Part shown: positions 19,156 to 27,744 of the stretch, in pieces | Layout: every line of letters begins with the position of its first letter | Numbering within the stretch: position 1 is the stretch's first letter | DNA from: a virus | Lineage: Duplodnaviria; Caudoviricetes | IMG/VR virus record: IMGVR_UViG_3300010052_000201 | Span: 1 to 39,174 of that record | Length of the DNA: 39,174 bases | Direction: 5' to 3' (one strand) | Notes under the pieces: model-generated | The model's input: only the letters and a program-made list of their open reading frames with translations | What the model was told of the DNA's origin: nothing | The model's database searches: none | Program-made: the position numbers and the translations under genes

Positions 19156-19311
19156 TCAGGGCTGTTGCGATTCGGGGTTCTTTATCTGCCTTACTTCATC
19201 AGCGATTCTTCGCTGCTTGTCTTGTTCAACCAACGTCGCGAGGCCATGGCAGCGAATCGCAAGCGCGGTCGCTACCAGAGCCAAGACGACGATTATCAGG
19301 TCGGAAACCAT
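19156..19311 (-). CDS. 51-aa single-pass membrane protein (not in ORF track)
   Basis: MVSDLIIVVLALVATALAIRCHG...; TAATG coupling to upstream gene. Confidence 0.55.
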   Translation of the reverse strand: MVSDLIIVVLALVATALAIRCHGLATLVEQDKQRRIADEVRQIKNPESQQP

Positions 19312-20648
19312 TACTTGTTCAAAGCCTTGGCGACAGCGTCCTCGATCATCTTGAGCAGCTTGCCCTCGCCAAACTTCAACTCAGGATCGGCCGGCGCTGG
19401 GGCATTCGGATCAACCGGTGTTGCCGGTGCCGCTGGATTCTGCTTTTGCTTCTTCCAGGCACGGAACACAACGAAAACAGCGAGACCAACGACGCCCCAT
19501 TGCGCCCAAGGCACAACAGCACCCAGCGCGGCCAAGAGTTTCGCGGCCGTTTGCAACTCGGGTTGATCCTTGAGAAGTTCGTCGAGGATCGCTTGCGGGA
19601 TCTGGGTCAACAGCTTGCCGCCACTCGTGAGAATGACTTGCGGCTTGGTTGTATCCAGGCTCGGAAACTCGAGCTTGGCTTGCTCGGGATTGATCAGCCG
19701 CGGCTCGGCTTGCGGATACTTTTCACGGAGCAGCGTCAGCAATCGCTTGATGCCGGCCCGCTTCTCTTCGCTCGACGAAAGCAACTCGGGATCGACCACC
19801 ACGCACAACGAATCGGGCTTCTTGAGAACGCTCGGCAGTTCCTTTTCGGGCGCTGGCGTTGGCTGAGCATCGGGGTTCACAGCGTCGGGAATGACCAGCG
19901 GCGGCGGGGTTGCCGGGCTTGGCGCGTTGGGGTTCGGCACATTGAACGGCGGCGGGCCTTGAATCGGAAACTGCCCCCAAGTGCCAGCAACCGGATCGGT
20001 TCGTGTATCGCCACCATGCTCGCAGTATTCGATCGCTTGAAACCCGCCAGACTTCGGACTCGCGGGCTTTTGAATCGCTAGCGTCGAACGGTGTTGCGCG
20101 AGTTTGGCGACGTAAGTTTTCATGCCGGCAGACATTTTCGCGGCCAACTCTTCCGGCTTGCCGTTGTACCCGGTCTTTTGAAATACCACGGTCGAGGGAT
20201 CGCCGTACTGCTTGGTCCGCGGCGGCTGAATCAAGATCGTTGGATAGCCGCTGATCTTGAGATTCTTTTGCCACCAGGCGTGGGTCTCGTTTTCAACGTC
20301 ATAGAAATTGATGTGAGCCCAAGAGTTTTTCTGATCGCCTGGAATTGCAAACGCCCTCAGGTGCTGCGAGGTTTGCCAGTCGGCCTTGAGTTGATTGCAG
20401 GGCCCGCAGTTTTTCATCGTCAACACGGTGATAAACCACTTGTGCGAGTCGTCGGCGGGCGGGGCCGTGACTTCTCCCCATGCGGCATCGGCTTCGGACT
20501 GTATGCCGTCAACGTGTTCGACGTGATCCCCACGGCGAATGACAGCGGCCGTATCGACCTCAGGGCCATTGAGCATCGCTTGGCCAAAGAGTGAGACCGA
20601 CGGAACGAGGATAAGCCCCAGCAGCAGCAAGGCTTTCAGGGATCGCAT
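19311..20648 (-). CDS. Exported thioredoxin-like (CGPC) protein with Pro-rich linker and C-terminal membrane anchor
   Basis: Signal peptide MRSLKALLLLGLIL; 'NCGPCNQLKADW', cis-Pro loop 'ISGYPTILIQ'; TM 'WAQWGVVGLAVFVVFRAW'. Confidence 0.75.
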   Translation of the reverse strand: MRSLKALLLLGLILVPSVSLFGQAMLNGPEVDTAAVIRRGDHVEHVDGIQSEADAAWGEVTAPPADDSHKWFITVLTMKNCGPCNQLKADWQTSQHLRAFAIPGDQKNSWAHINFYDVENETHAWWQKNLKISGYPTILIQPPRTKQYGDPSTVVFQKTGYNGKPEELAAKMSAGMKTYVAKLAQHRSTLAIQKPASPKSGGFQAIEYCEHGGDTRTDPVAGTWGQFPIQGPPPFNVPNPNAPSPATPPPLVIPDAVNPDAQPTPAPEKELPSVLKKPDSLCVVVDPELLSSSEEKRAGIKRLLTLLREKYPQAEPRLINPEQAKLEFPSLDTTKPQVILTSGGKLLTQIPQAILDELLKDQPELQTAAKLLAALGAVVPWAQWGVVGLAVFVVFRAWKKQKQNPAAPATPVDPNAPAPADPELKFGEGKLLKMIEDAVAKALNK

Positions 20649-20650
20649 GA

Positions 20651-21229
20651 TTACCACCATTGAACGTATTGAGGAACCGGGGGTTGCCCTGGCGCGTCGA
20701 TGATGACGCACCATTGACCAGAGGCAAGATGCAGACGGCGAAATTGGGACCAAGTGTAAGAGTCGATCTTGTGGGTCGAGTTGTTGTTGCAGACGTACCA
20801 GGTGTCGTCGTCAAGATCGTCGGGCGTGTTGTTGTCGTCGTACCCGTACAACGTCTGGAAGTGATTACCGCCCGCGCCAATTGCCGCGAATCGCCCGGTC
20901 TTTCCGGCCCAGCGCATCCACTCCCAAGTTGTCGAACCGGTCACATTCCAGATCGGGACTTGCAGCCGCGAGGCATAGCCCGAAACGCGCTGCGGCCATG
21001 ATCCGCCGCGGACCTTGGGGCCGTACGGCGTGTCCCACAAGAGGCAAGCGAACTCGGGGACACCGGACCAACAGCCGCACATCCCGAGCGAGCATTGCAC
21101 ACACGAGCCGTCGGGGTTGCGGTACCATGCCCGGACATTGTCGGGGAGTTGCATGCGGTCTTCGCGTGCGTCGGCAATCGGGCTAAAGAGAGCAAGGCAA
21201 ATCGCGGCGATCAAGATTTTCGGAATCAT
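20651..21229 (-). CDS. Secreted papain-fold (C39-like) cysteine peptidase
   Basis: Signal peptide MIPKILIAAICLALFSPIADA; Cys 'GSCVQCS', His 'NHFQTLYGYD', Asn 'YVCNNN'. Confidence 0.6.
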   Translation of the reverse strand: MIPKILIAAICLALFSPIADAREDRMQLPDNVRAWYRNPDGSCVQCSLGMCGCWSGVPEFACLLWDTPYGPKVRGGSWPQRVSGYASRLQVPIWNVTGSTTWEWMRWAGKTGRFAAIGAGGNHFQTLYGYDDNNTPDDLDDDTWYVCNNNSTHKIDSYTWSQFRRLHLASGQWCVIIDAPGQPPVPQYVQWW

Positions 21230-21423
21230 GGTTGTCGCTTTCGGCGTAACGCCGCGTTTAGATCTTCGCAAATGAGGTCCGCACAAAGACGGGACTTCCA
21301 AAACCAGCCGTAGAATTTGCCGTTTTCCCAGCTTTTAAACCCTTGCCGATCAACGAATTTCCCGTCGTCCAACAGGACGCACTGATACAAGTCGCCGACG
21401 GCTTGGACTTCCCATCGAAGCAT
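21226..21423 (-). CDS. Hypothetical protein, first gene of presumed late operon
   Basis: ATGA overlap with peptidase gene. Confidence 0.55.
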   Translation of the reverse strand: MLRWEVQAVGDLYQCVLLDDGKFVDRQGFKSWENGKFYGWFWKSRLCADLICEDLNAALRRKRQP

Positions 21424-21468
21424 GACGGGAATCTTTTCAGAAATTATTCAAAACAAAAATGCGCCAAA

Positions 21469-21720
21469 TCACCGCAAAGCCATTTCTTTGGCCGCGCATG
21501 CCGGGCACGGCAAAACCTCGATAACGCCGCGACATTTCGGGCAGAGCACCTTTTCGGGGAGTTTCATCGTTCCGAGCGGTGCACGAGCGAGAACCTTGCC
21601 CACGGTGTTGTAAGACGCGCCAATTCGCCGCGCGATCAACTTCTGAGAAAGCCCTAATTTTGCGAGGCGCAAGATATGGCGGGCGACTTCGGTTGGTAGG
21701 CTGCGGCGTCCTCGGCGCAT
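21469..21720 (-). CDS. HTH + C4 zinc-finger protein, candidate late-gene activator
   Basis: 'ILRLAKLGLSQKLIARRIGASYNTVGKVL' HTH; 'CPKC......PCPAC'; Q/Ogr-like position. Confidence 0.65.
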   Translation of the reverse strand: MRRGRRSLPTEVARHILRLAKLGLSQKLIARRIGASYNTVGKVLARAPLGTMKLPEKVLCPKCRGVIEVLPCPACAAKEMALR

Positions 21721-22292
21721 TTTTTTCCCGTCCAGATGAGAGATTCGGGCAAAGAATTTCGGAATGAGTCCGAACGCAAAAGACCGCCAGCGGCTTCGTA
21801 GGGGTATCTTACCCGCACCCCATGCGATTCGGCGAGAGCCAACAACGCCGGCTCGGTGAGTGAGTACAAGAACCCCAACGTGAGCGGGCCAGCACAGTCG
21901 ATCGACCAGATCGCTTGCTGCTCGTCGCGCGATGGATACCACATCGCAACCATCGATAGCACAAACCGCAGCGGCAGAAAATCTCGAACGCCAATCCGCG
22001 GATCGAAGAGCAGATCGCAAGCGACGGCGCGCTGCCAGACCGCTTCGTAGTCCGTGGCGTACTCGATTGGCGGCTGCTTGACGATTCGCCCGCTGGCAAA
22101 TCGGGTAAGTTGGCACTGAGCGACGCCGTAAAAGTAAAAAATACACTGGGCGACGCGTGGGTTGTGGTCGCCGTCGTGAATCGAACGCCATAAAAAATAC
22201 TTCCAGACGTCATGGCGAAGCAGATTGAGCCGGGTTTCGCTCTCGACCTCGTCTTGCGCGGGGCGTCGCCAATAGCGGATTTGCTTGGTCAT
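21654..22292 (-). CDS. Hypothetical protein
   Basis: ATGA-coupled to rusA. Confidence 0.55.
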   Translation of the reverse strand: MTKQIRYWRRPAQDEVESETRLNLLRHDVWKYFLWRSIHDGDHNPRVAQCIFYFYGVAQCQLTRFASGRIVKQPPIEYATDYEAVWQRAVACDLLFDPRIGVRDFLPLRFVLSMVAMWYPSRDEQQAIWSIDCAGPLTLGFLYSLTEPALLALAESHGVRVRYPYEAAGGLLRSDSFRNSLPESLIWTGKKCAEDAAAYQPKSPAISCASQN

Positions 22293-22735
22293 GCAATCGC
22301 TCCCTCGAGTGTCTTCACGACGATCCGAGTCGCCGGCGCCTCATCGCCCGCCACAACGTACCGAGTCACAACCGCGCGCCACACTTGCGAATCATCTTTC
22401 CACAAAACGCCGTTCAGCGCATCGCAGATCGCTTTGCTGAGATTGTCCCAGTCCGGCTTGCCTGTTTTGGGCTCTCGCGGCATAGGCTTCGTTTTCCACG
22501 TTCTCGCTGCGGGTCGGGCAAACGTGGCTGTTATCTCGATTTCGACCGGGGACGCGATTAGCGGGCCAGCGTGGGCCATTCTCGCGGCCATTTGGATCGC
22601 AGCCTTGAACACGTTCACCGGATGCTTGCCCGGGGTGTAGTTCTGCGCGATCGCCTTGCCAGCGAATTGCATCACGCGCGTTCGCTGGCGAGGTTGCGCG
22701 ATTGCTTCGCCAGGTACTGAGAATTCGATTTTCAT
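22289..22735 (-). CDS. rusA: RusA-family Holliday junction resolvase
   Basis: 'KPDWDNLSKAICDALNGVLWKDDSQV'. Confidence 0.9.
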   Translation of the reverse strand: MKIEFSVPGEAIAQPRQRTRVMQFAGKAIAQNYTPGKHPVNVFKAAIQMAARMAHAGPLIASPVEIEITATFARPAARTWKTKPMPREPKTGKPDWDNLSKAICDALNGVLWKDDSQVWRAVVTRYVVAGDEAPATRIVVKTLEGAIA

Positions 22736-23232
22736 ACTTCCTGATACTCCTCTCGGTGTTCGTGGCTTCGCTTGCTTGCAACGTGCGCGTCGTACTCGGC
22801 AAGGATAGCTTTGTGCTCTGCCTTTGCCTCTTCGAGCGTGATTGAACCAAAGCCGTTGTCATATCGCCGCGCAACTTCGTGCATTCGATCCGCGAACTGC
22901 CGGAACTCCGAGTCTTGGCTTGGGCGGTATGCTGGCTTTTGCCAATCCTGAATTGGCTTTGGCCGACGAAAAACAACCTCCTTGCGAATCGTTCCGGGCA
23001 AGTCCTGCCAAGATGCTGGCGCGGGAATGTCCCTTGACGCAATTCGCTTGATAACCTCGCGGCACTCCATTGGCGTTGCATCGCCAAGCAGTTCCGCCCA
23101 GGCCGTGTGAATCGTTTCCCGTCCGGGATTGGATGCCTTTTGCGAAACGGCTTGATCTTTCAACCACGAGGCCGTACTTGGCATGAAGATCTCGAGGGTC
23201 GCAACAAAATCGATGTAATCTTCTCGCGTCAT
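22732..23232 (-). CDS. Putative helicase loader/inhibitor-like replication protein
   Basis: Directly after initiator; 'MTRED...AWAELLGD' resembles G39P-like proteins. Confidence 0.4.
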   Translation of the reverse strand: MTREDYIDFVATLEIFMPSTASWLKDQAVSQKASNPGRETIHTAWAELLGDATPMECREVIKRIASRDIPAPASWQDLPGTIRKEVVFRRPKPIQDWQKPAYRPSQDSEFRQFADRMHEVARRYDNGFGSITLEEAKAEHKAILAEYDAHVASKRSHEHREEYQEV

Positions 23233-23235
23233 GAC

Positions 23236-24054
23236 TTAAAACCTCTTTTCGAATTCGCTGCCAACAGATTCGGCGGCGGTGATGAACTTGCGTTTCGGTT
23301 TCCCGCCTTGCGGCTTGTCTTGTGGTTTGTCTGCGAGCTTGATCCAGCCGGCCTCGATGCTCGCCTCGATGCGTTGTATCGCTACAATCGGCCCATCGCG
23401 GGCCATGCTGATCAACTGGGCCTCGGCGGTTCCTTGCGCGAAGCGAGTTTCTTTCTCGACGGTCAAGTACCGATGCCACTTGGCCCAGGCTTCGAGGAAC
23501 CGCGGAACTCGAAGAACGTCCGGGATCGCGATCATGAGCGGATCGAACGAATGCCGCTCTGCAGCGAACGGCGGCGGCTCTTGAATTGGTTTTTGTTCTT
23601 CTGGTTTCGCTTCGCCCCTAAACCCTGTATTTAATTCTTTCTTTCTTAAATTCTTTCTTTCTTCTTCTGTGTCCGCTGGCTGTTCATTCGTTGTTCGCTC
23701 GCTGTCCGCTGGCTGTTCACTTGCTGTTCGCGCAGGCTCCTTGCGAGATTGGTAAGTCTCCCATTTGCATATAGTTACGGTTGTCCAATAGCTGTTCGCT
23801 TCGGCCTTAATGCAACCGATTTCAACAAGCTTTTGCATGCCGCGATACCACTTCGACGGCGATACGTGAAGCTGCTCAGCGGCGGCCGTTCTGCCGGTCA
23901 CAAATTGGCCTGGCGCTAGTGTCTCATTCTTGAAGCGAGAGGGCTTGGTATTGGCTTTTAAGAGGCACCACACCCACAGGCGGCAAAGCCAATCGTCATC
24001 CATGATCGGATGATCGAGCATCATTCTGTGTATTTTGACCCAACCGTCTTTCAT
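23236..24054 (-). CDS. Phage replication initiator
   Basis: 'GWVKIHR...W...LLKAN...GQFVTGR..AEQL' N-terminal domain; internal iterons; AAGGAG RBS. Confidence 0.85.
   Translation of the reverse strand: MKDGWVKIHRMMLDHPIMDDDWLCRLWVWCLLKANTKPSRFKNETLAPGQFVTGRTAAAEQLHVSPSKWYRGMQKLVEIGCIKAEANSYWTTVTICKWETYQSRKEPARTASEQPADSERTTNEQPADTEEERKNLRKKELNTGFRGEAKPEEQKPIQEPPPFAAERHSFDPLMIAIPDVLRVPRFLEAWAKWHRYLTVEKETRFAQGTAEAQLISMARDGPIVAIQRIEASIEAGWIKLADKPQDKPQGGKPKRKFITAAESVGSEFEKRF
23625..23735. repeat. Replication origin: six tandem 11-bp iterons plus adjacent AT/purine-rich tract
   Basis: tgtccgctggc tgttcattcgt tgttcgctcgc tgtccgctggc tgttcacttgc tgttcgcgcag (23670-23735) next to CT-rich 23625-23669. 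Confidence 0.75.
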
Positions 24055-24101
24055 GCGCCTTGATCTCCTTAAATCCGTGGCGTTGTAGATCCGTTCAAAT
24101 C

Positions 24102-24338
24102 TCAATCCAACAGCTTGCCGCAGTCTTTGCAGCGTCGATCAAAGTGGGAGAGTTGGTACTCGGTGACGCTCTCGGGATGCGGGCAGTCGCCTTGCAAATA
24201 TTCCAAGCAAGTCGCGACGGTGACGGTGCCGCGGTTGAACTCTCGGCGGTAGTGTGCGGCCGATTCGGCGATAGCCGCGCGGCGTCGGCGGATTTCTTCG
24301 CGGGTGGGTGGGGCTTCGGTTTTTGGTTCGGTCCTCAT
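24102..24338 (-). CDS. Hypothetical protein
   Basis: ORF in operon, GGGAG RBS, CPH...CKDC. Confidence 0.55.
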   Translation of the reverse strand: MRTEPKTEAPPTREEIRRRRAAIAESAAHYRREFNRGTVTVATCLEYLQGDCPHPESVTEYQLSHFDRRCKDCGKLLD

Positions 24339-24341
24339 CGC

Positions 24342-24680
24342 TCACTCCCTTTCGTTGGTGTTGATGTTCAGTGCTTTGGCGAGACGCATCATCAGCCGGT
24401 CCCGCTCCGCAACCATGTTGTGCTTTTCCACGGCATAGGCTGATGCTGAATTGATACCTTCGTTAATCGCGTCGTAAATATCCTCGTAAAGCTGCTTTCG
24501 CTCCCCGTCCGCGTCGTGGTGTTCGGAGAGGTAGGCGTCAATGATGGTTTCGCGGTCAAGTTCGTATTGGCGATATGGAAGCGGGCCGAAATCAGCGTAA
24601 ACGACTTTGACTCTGCCGCCGCTGTAAATGCTTTGCACTCGTTCAGCCGCCGCGCGTATCTCAGGTGGTGTCGGTGTCAT
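24342..24680 (-). CDS. Hypothetical protein
   Basis: ATGA coupling. Confidence 0.55.
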   Translation of the reverse strand: MTPTPPEIRAAAERVQSIYSGGRVKVVYADFGPLPYRQYELDRETIIDAYLSEHHDADGERKQLYEDIYDAINEGINSASAYAVEKHNMVAERDRLMMRLAKALNINTNERE

Positions 24681-25051
24681 GGGGTTCCTTTCGTTTGATG
24701 CTTCTTTGATATGTAAAGCTCCCACAACGATTCTTCATCGTGTGGAAACACTAGCGTTTGCTCGTCTGGGTCAGGTGGGTCATCTTTGCCAAGCTGCTTC
24801 CATTGACGACCACCGAGATGAACAGCCCTGACTTTTCTTGGAGGCAGCAACTCCCACTGGCATACACCGTCAACCACCTTTTCGCCTTGAACTAACCAAC
24901 AATAAAACGGAATCCAAAATGGGTGTCTTGGCGATTCTGGTTGATTCCTGACGGCGTTGGTTTTCGGATTCACAAACCAAGGTCCGCCTGTGTAATCGCG
25001 TTCAAAGTGATATGTCTTTCCATTGGCTATGAGTTTGTACGTCTCACTCAT
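24677..25051 (-). CDS. Hypothetical protein
   Basis: ATGA coupling. Confidence 0.55.
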   Translation of the reverse strand: MSETYKLIANGKTYHFERDYTGGPWFVNPKTNAVRNQPESPRHPFWIPFYCWLVQGEKVVDGVCQWELLPPRKVRAVHLGGRQWKQLGKDDPPDPDEQTLVFPHDEESLWELYISKKHQTKGTP

Positions 25052-26058
25052 ACGCTCCCGCCTTTCCGCACTCGGCAGTAACAAAATCGCGTCAATACAT
25101 TGCTGTTGCTAACAGTGATGAATGGATGCGACCCATCACGAACCGCAATCAATTTGTGGAAACTTTCCCAATTGTGATGGGTATGGTCCCGAACCTCGCA
25201 CTCCGGCCTCTGCTTGGCGTCCTCGTCCGTGGGTGTGATCCACTCCTCCGGCTCCGGCTGCTTGGGCTTGGCTAGTTTCAGCAAACGTCGTCGCGTCGAT
25301 TCCCAAGGTTCACTTGCAACGCCGCGCGCGTCATCTTTGCCGTCAAGAATCTCATTGACCTTTTGGCAAAATACGGCTGTTGTGTGGTCATGCCCTCGCC
25401 ACCACGCTGGATGTGCAAAGTCAGTCCCGTCTGCATCTGGGTAATCTTTCGCCTTGGCGAGTTCGGCGGTGAGTTCATTGCACTTTTCTGTGAGCCAATC
25501 ATTGCGACTTGAACGCATGTGGGCCTGTGTCTCCAACTCCACCACCTTCGCCGCGAGTTGGTCCCGCTCTTTCAAAAGCGAATCCGCTTCTTCCTTTCGC
25601 TGTTTGCTAACGCGAAGTAACGCCGCATTCGCCTTGCGCAACTCCTCAACCTCATGCCTCACCACATCGCACTGCGGGGCTGGGTCTTGGTGGGGGTCGG
25701 GCCATTCAGAGATAATGTCAATTGGACATGGTTCTTTGTATGCCATGCCATTGTCTCTATATGTTTCAATTCCACACGCCCAGGGATAGTTGAGGCTTGT
25801 TGAGCGAATCATCGGCCCAACTTTTTCACCCTTGCGGTTCTTGTAATAGCAACCTTCGACAATCTGCACCTCCCCCTCCTTCGCCTCGGCGGGGGGGTTC
25901 TTGAGAGAGATGCGGTAAGTCGCACGATGCTCCGCTGTCACCGTATCTTCGCCACACATGCGCATTCCAATCGTTTTCAATGGGGTCACGAAAATATCTC
26001 CTGGCTGAATCTTCTCGCCAACTTCAAGCCTGCGAATCGTGAACTGCTGCGTGGTCAT
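25048..26058 (-). CDS. Hypothetical mosaic protein with central coiled coil
   Basis: 336-aa ORF in early operon. Confidence 0.65.
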   Translation of the reverse strand: MTTQQFTIRRLEVGEKIQPGDIFVTPLKTIGMRMCGEDTVTAEHRATYRISLKNPPAEAKEGEVQIVEGCYYKNRKGEKVGPMIRSTSLNYPWACGIETYRDNGMAYKEPCPIDIISEWPDPHQDPAPQCDVVRHEVEELRKANAALLRVSKQRKEEADSLLKERDQLAAKVVELETQAHMRSSRNDWLTEKCNELTAELAKAKDYPDADGTDFAHPAWWRGHDHTTAVFCQKVNEILDGKDDARGVASEPWESTRRRLLKLAKPKQPEPEEWITPTDEDAKQRPECEVRDHTHHNWESFHKLIAVRDGSHPFITVSNSNVLTRFCYCRVRKGGSV

Positions 26059-26129
26059 GGTCGTGCCTGTGGTTAGGGGTTAGGGTTAAAAGGTTGCTAT
26101 CAGGAGCCACGGTCGCATTCACTGGGGCT

Positions 26130-26369
26130 TTAGCCTTGATTCAACAACTCTATGAGCTGCTGAAGTTCGCCTTCGGTTTTCAGGGTGCAAAGGTAGTTTT
26201 CGTTTGTGCCAGACATGGATCTCGCAGTAATTGCCGCCTCGCCGTCGCCAACGCAAACATAAAGCCGCAACGTGCCGGGGAGAACGATAATCCACTCTCG
26301 ATCATCAACGATGCGTCCGTTGTAAACGGCTTTCAGTCGCCTCATCGTTTCAGCAGTAATTGGTGTCAT
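26130..26369 (-). CDS. Hypothetical protein
   Basis: ORF in operon orientation. Confidence 0.5.
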   Translation of the reverse strand: MTPITAETMRRLKAVYNGRIVDDREWIIVLPGTLRLYVCVGDGEAAITARSMSGTNENYLCTLKTEGELQQLIELLNQG

Positions 26370-26433
26370 CGCTCATAGCTCCGGTGCATTTGTCCGTGGG
26401 TCAGGGTAAATCGGTCTTGGTCACCGAAGGGTT

Positions 26434-27297
26434 CTAGTTCTTGACGATCAAGACTTCCGGGGCATCGCACTGGCCAACGCCGCGGCGATTTTGAACGTGC
26501 AGATTTTTTTGCATGGTGCAATCAACAAACTCCCAGCTCTTGTAAAGAGCCCGAACAGTTGGGCAATCGTAGTAGCTGACGACAACGCGAGCATTCTCGA
26601 ATCGATTCAACTGCTCTGCTAACAAAACGTGCTGGTCTCGCTCGCCAGTGATCGGGAGATCGATCTCGCTAAAATCGTGCAAATAATCCGAACCGCCGCC
26701 GCTCGCCCGGCTGCCGCGGACATAAGGAGGATCCGCATAGATTGCAACTCCGCGAACGTCTGCAATCTTGGGGATGATCTCAAAGGCATCGCCGCCGATA
26801 AACTGCGCATTTCTCAATCGATCGTGCCAATCTGGGATTGATTCGACCGCGTTTCGCCATCGCGTTGATGTGGATCCGCCGCCGGGAGTAAACCGAATGG
26901 CCGGAGCGTAGTTTGTTCTACGCGTGCCGGCCGTACCGTTCCTACCCATCCAGGACAAAATCAGAAAATTTAAAGCGCGCTCTAGCGGATCCGCCGGCGC
27001 AGCTAGAGCCATTTCTTCACGGTAAAGATCGGTAGAGCAAAGTACTCGCGAGGCTCGCGCGTAGAGTTGCACCGCCAAATCTTCGGACTTGAGCACTCGG
27101 GCCAGGTTAATCAGATCCCCATGCAGGTCGATCAGTGTCTCTTGCGAACTAGGCGGCTTTGCAAATAGCACCGCGCAGGATCCGCAGAACAATTCCCAGT
27201 AGGCCGTGTGCTTGCCAAGTAACTCGACAACCTTGGGCGCAAGCGTACGTTTGCCGCCGAACCATGGAGCGATCGCTTTGATTTTTGCGTCTGTCAT
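26434..27297 (-). CDS. DNA adenine methyltransferase (D12/Dam class)
   Basis: 'PWFGGK', 'ELFCGS', 'YADPPY'. Confidence 0.9.
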   Translation of the reverse strand: MTDAKIKAIAPWFGGKRTLAPKVVELLGKHTAYWELFCGSCAVLFAKPPSSQETLIDLHGDLINLARVLKSEDLAVQLYARASRVLCSTDLYREEMALAAPADPLERALNFLILSWMGRNGTAGTRRTNYAPAIRFTPGGGSTSTRWRNAVESIPDWHDRLRNAQFIGGDAFEIIPKIADVRGVAIYADPPYVRGSRASGGGSDYLHDFSEIDLPITGERDQHVLLAEQLNRFENARVVVSYYDCPTVRALYKSWEFVDCTMQKNLHVQNRRGVGQCDAPEVLIVKN

Positions 27298-27351
27298 TTT
27301 ATGAAGGGTTAAAGTGTTGTTCGGTCATCACAACCGATGTTGGGTTATGGC

Positions 27352-27528
27352 TTAGTGTTTGACATACAGATTGAAAAACTGCTCATGCAACTTGGGATCA
27401 TCGCGCAACATTTCAAGATGCTTATTCAGTTCCAGAAGCATGAACGCATAGTCTTTTGCGTCTCTCGTTTTCTGTAGCCGCTCGGCTGCTCTGGCAAGCA
27501 CACCGGACAAGCTGATTGTCATGCTCAT
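27352..27528 (-). CDS. 58-aa hypothetical protein (not in ORF track)
   Basis: MSMTISLSGVLARAAERL...; GGGAG upstream. Confidence 0.4.
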   Translation of the reverse strand: MSMTISLSGVLARAAERLQKTRDAKDYAFMLLELNKHLEMLRDDPKLHEQFFNLYVKH

Positions 27529-27564
27529 CGCTCGTTTCTCCCGCCTCGCGGCTGTTAGGTGGTG

Positions 27565-27744
27565 TTAGTGCGTCGCTAGTTGTCGATCTTGCACAATCGC
27601 TGCAAGACATTTCACCTTGTCAGCGATCATGCTCAGTTCGCCCGCAGTCAGAGGCATCCCCAGAGCCGCAGCGTAATTCCGCAACTCCTTGAGCGCCTCG
27701 ACTGCTTGCAATTCAGCGGTTTGGATTGGATCAGCGGTGATCAT
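27565..27744 (-). CDS. 59-aa hypothetical protein (not in ORF track)
   Basis: MITADPIQTAELQAVEALKEL...; starts immediately after ATPase stop. Confidence 0.45.
   Translation of the reverse strand: MITADPIQTAELQAVEALKELRNYAAALGMPLTAGELSMIADKVKCLAAIVQDRQLATH

Noticed and set aside
21721-22191. Long N-terminal extension of the HTH-ZnF ORF given in the track
   Set aside because: Arg-rich non-protein-like sequence overlapping the real 212-aa gene
23670-23735. CRISPR-like array
   Set aside because: Tandem 11-mers without spacers inside a gene; better explained as iterons
26070-26090. TTAGGG-like telomeric repeats (ggttaggggttagggttaa)
   Set aside because: Only about three imperfect units in a short intergenic leader; no evidence of telomere function
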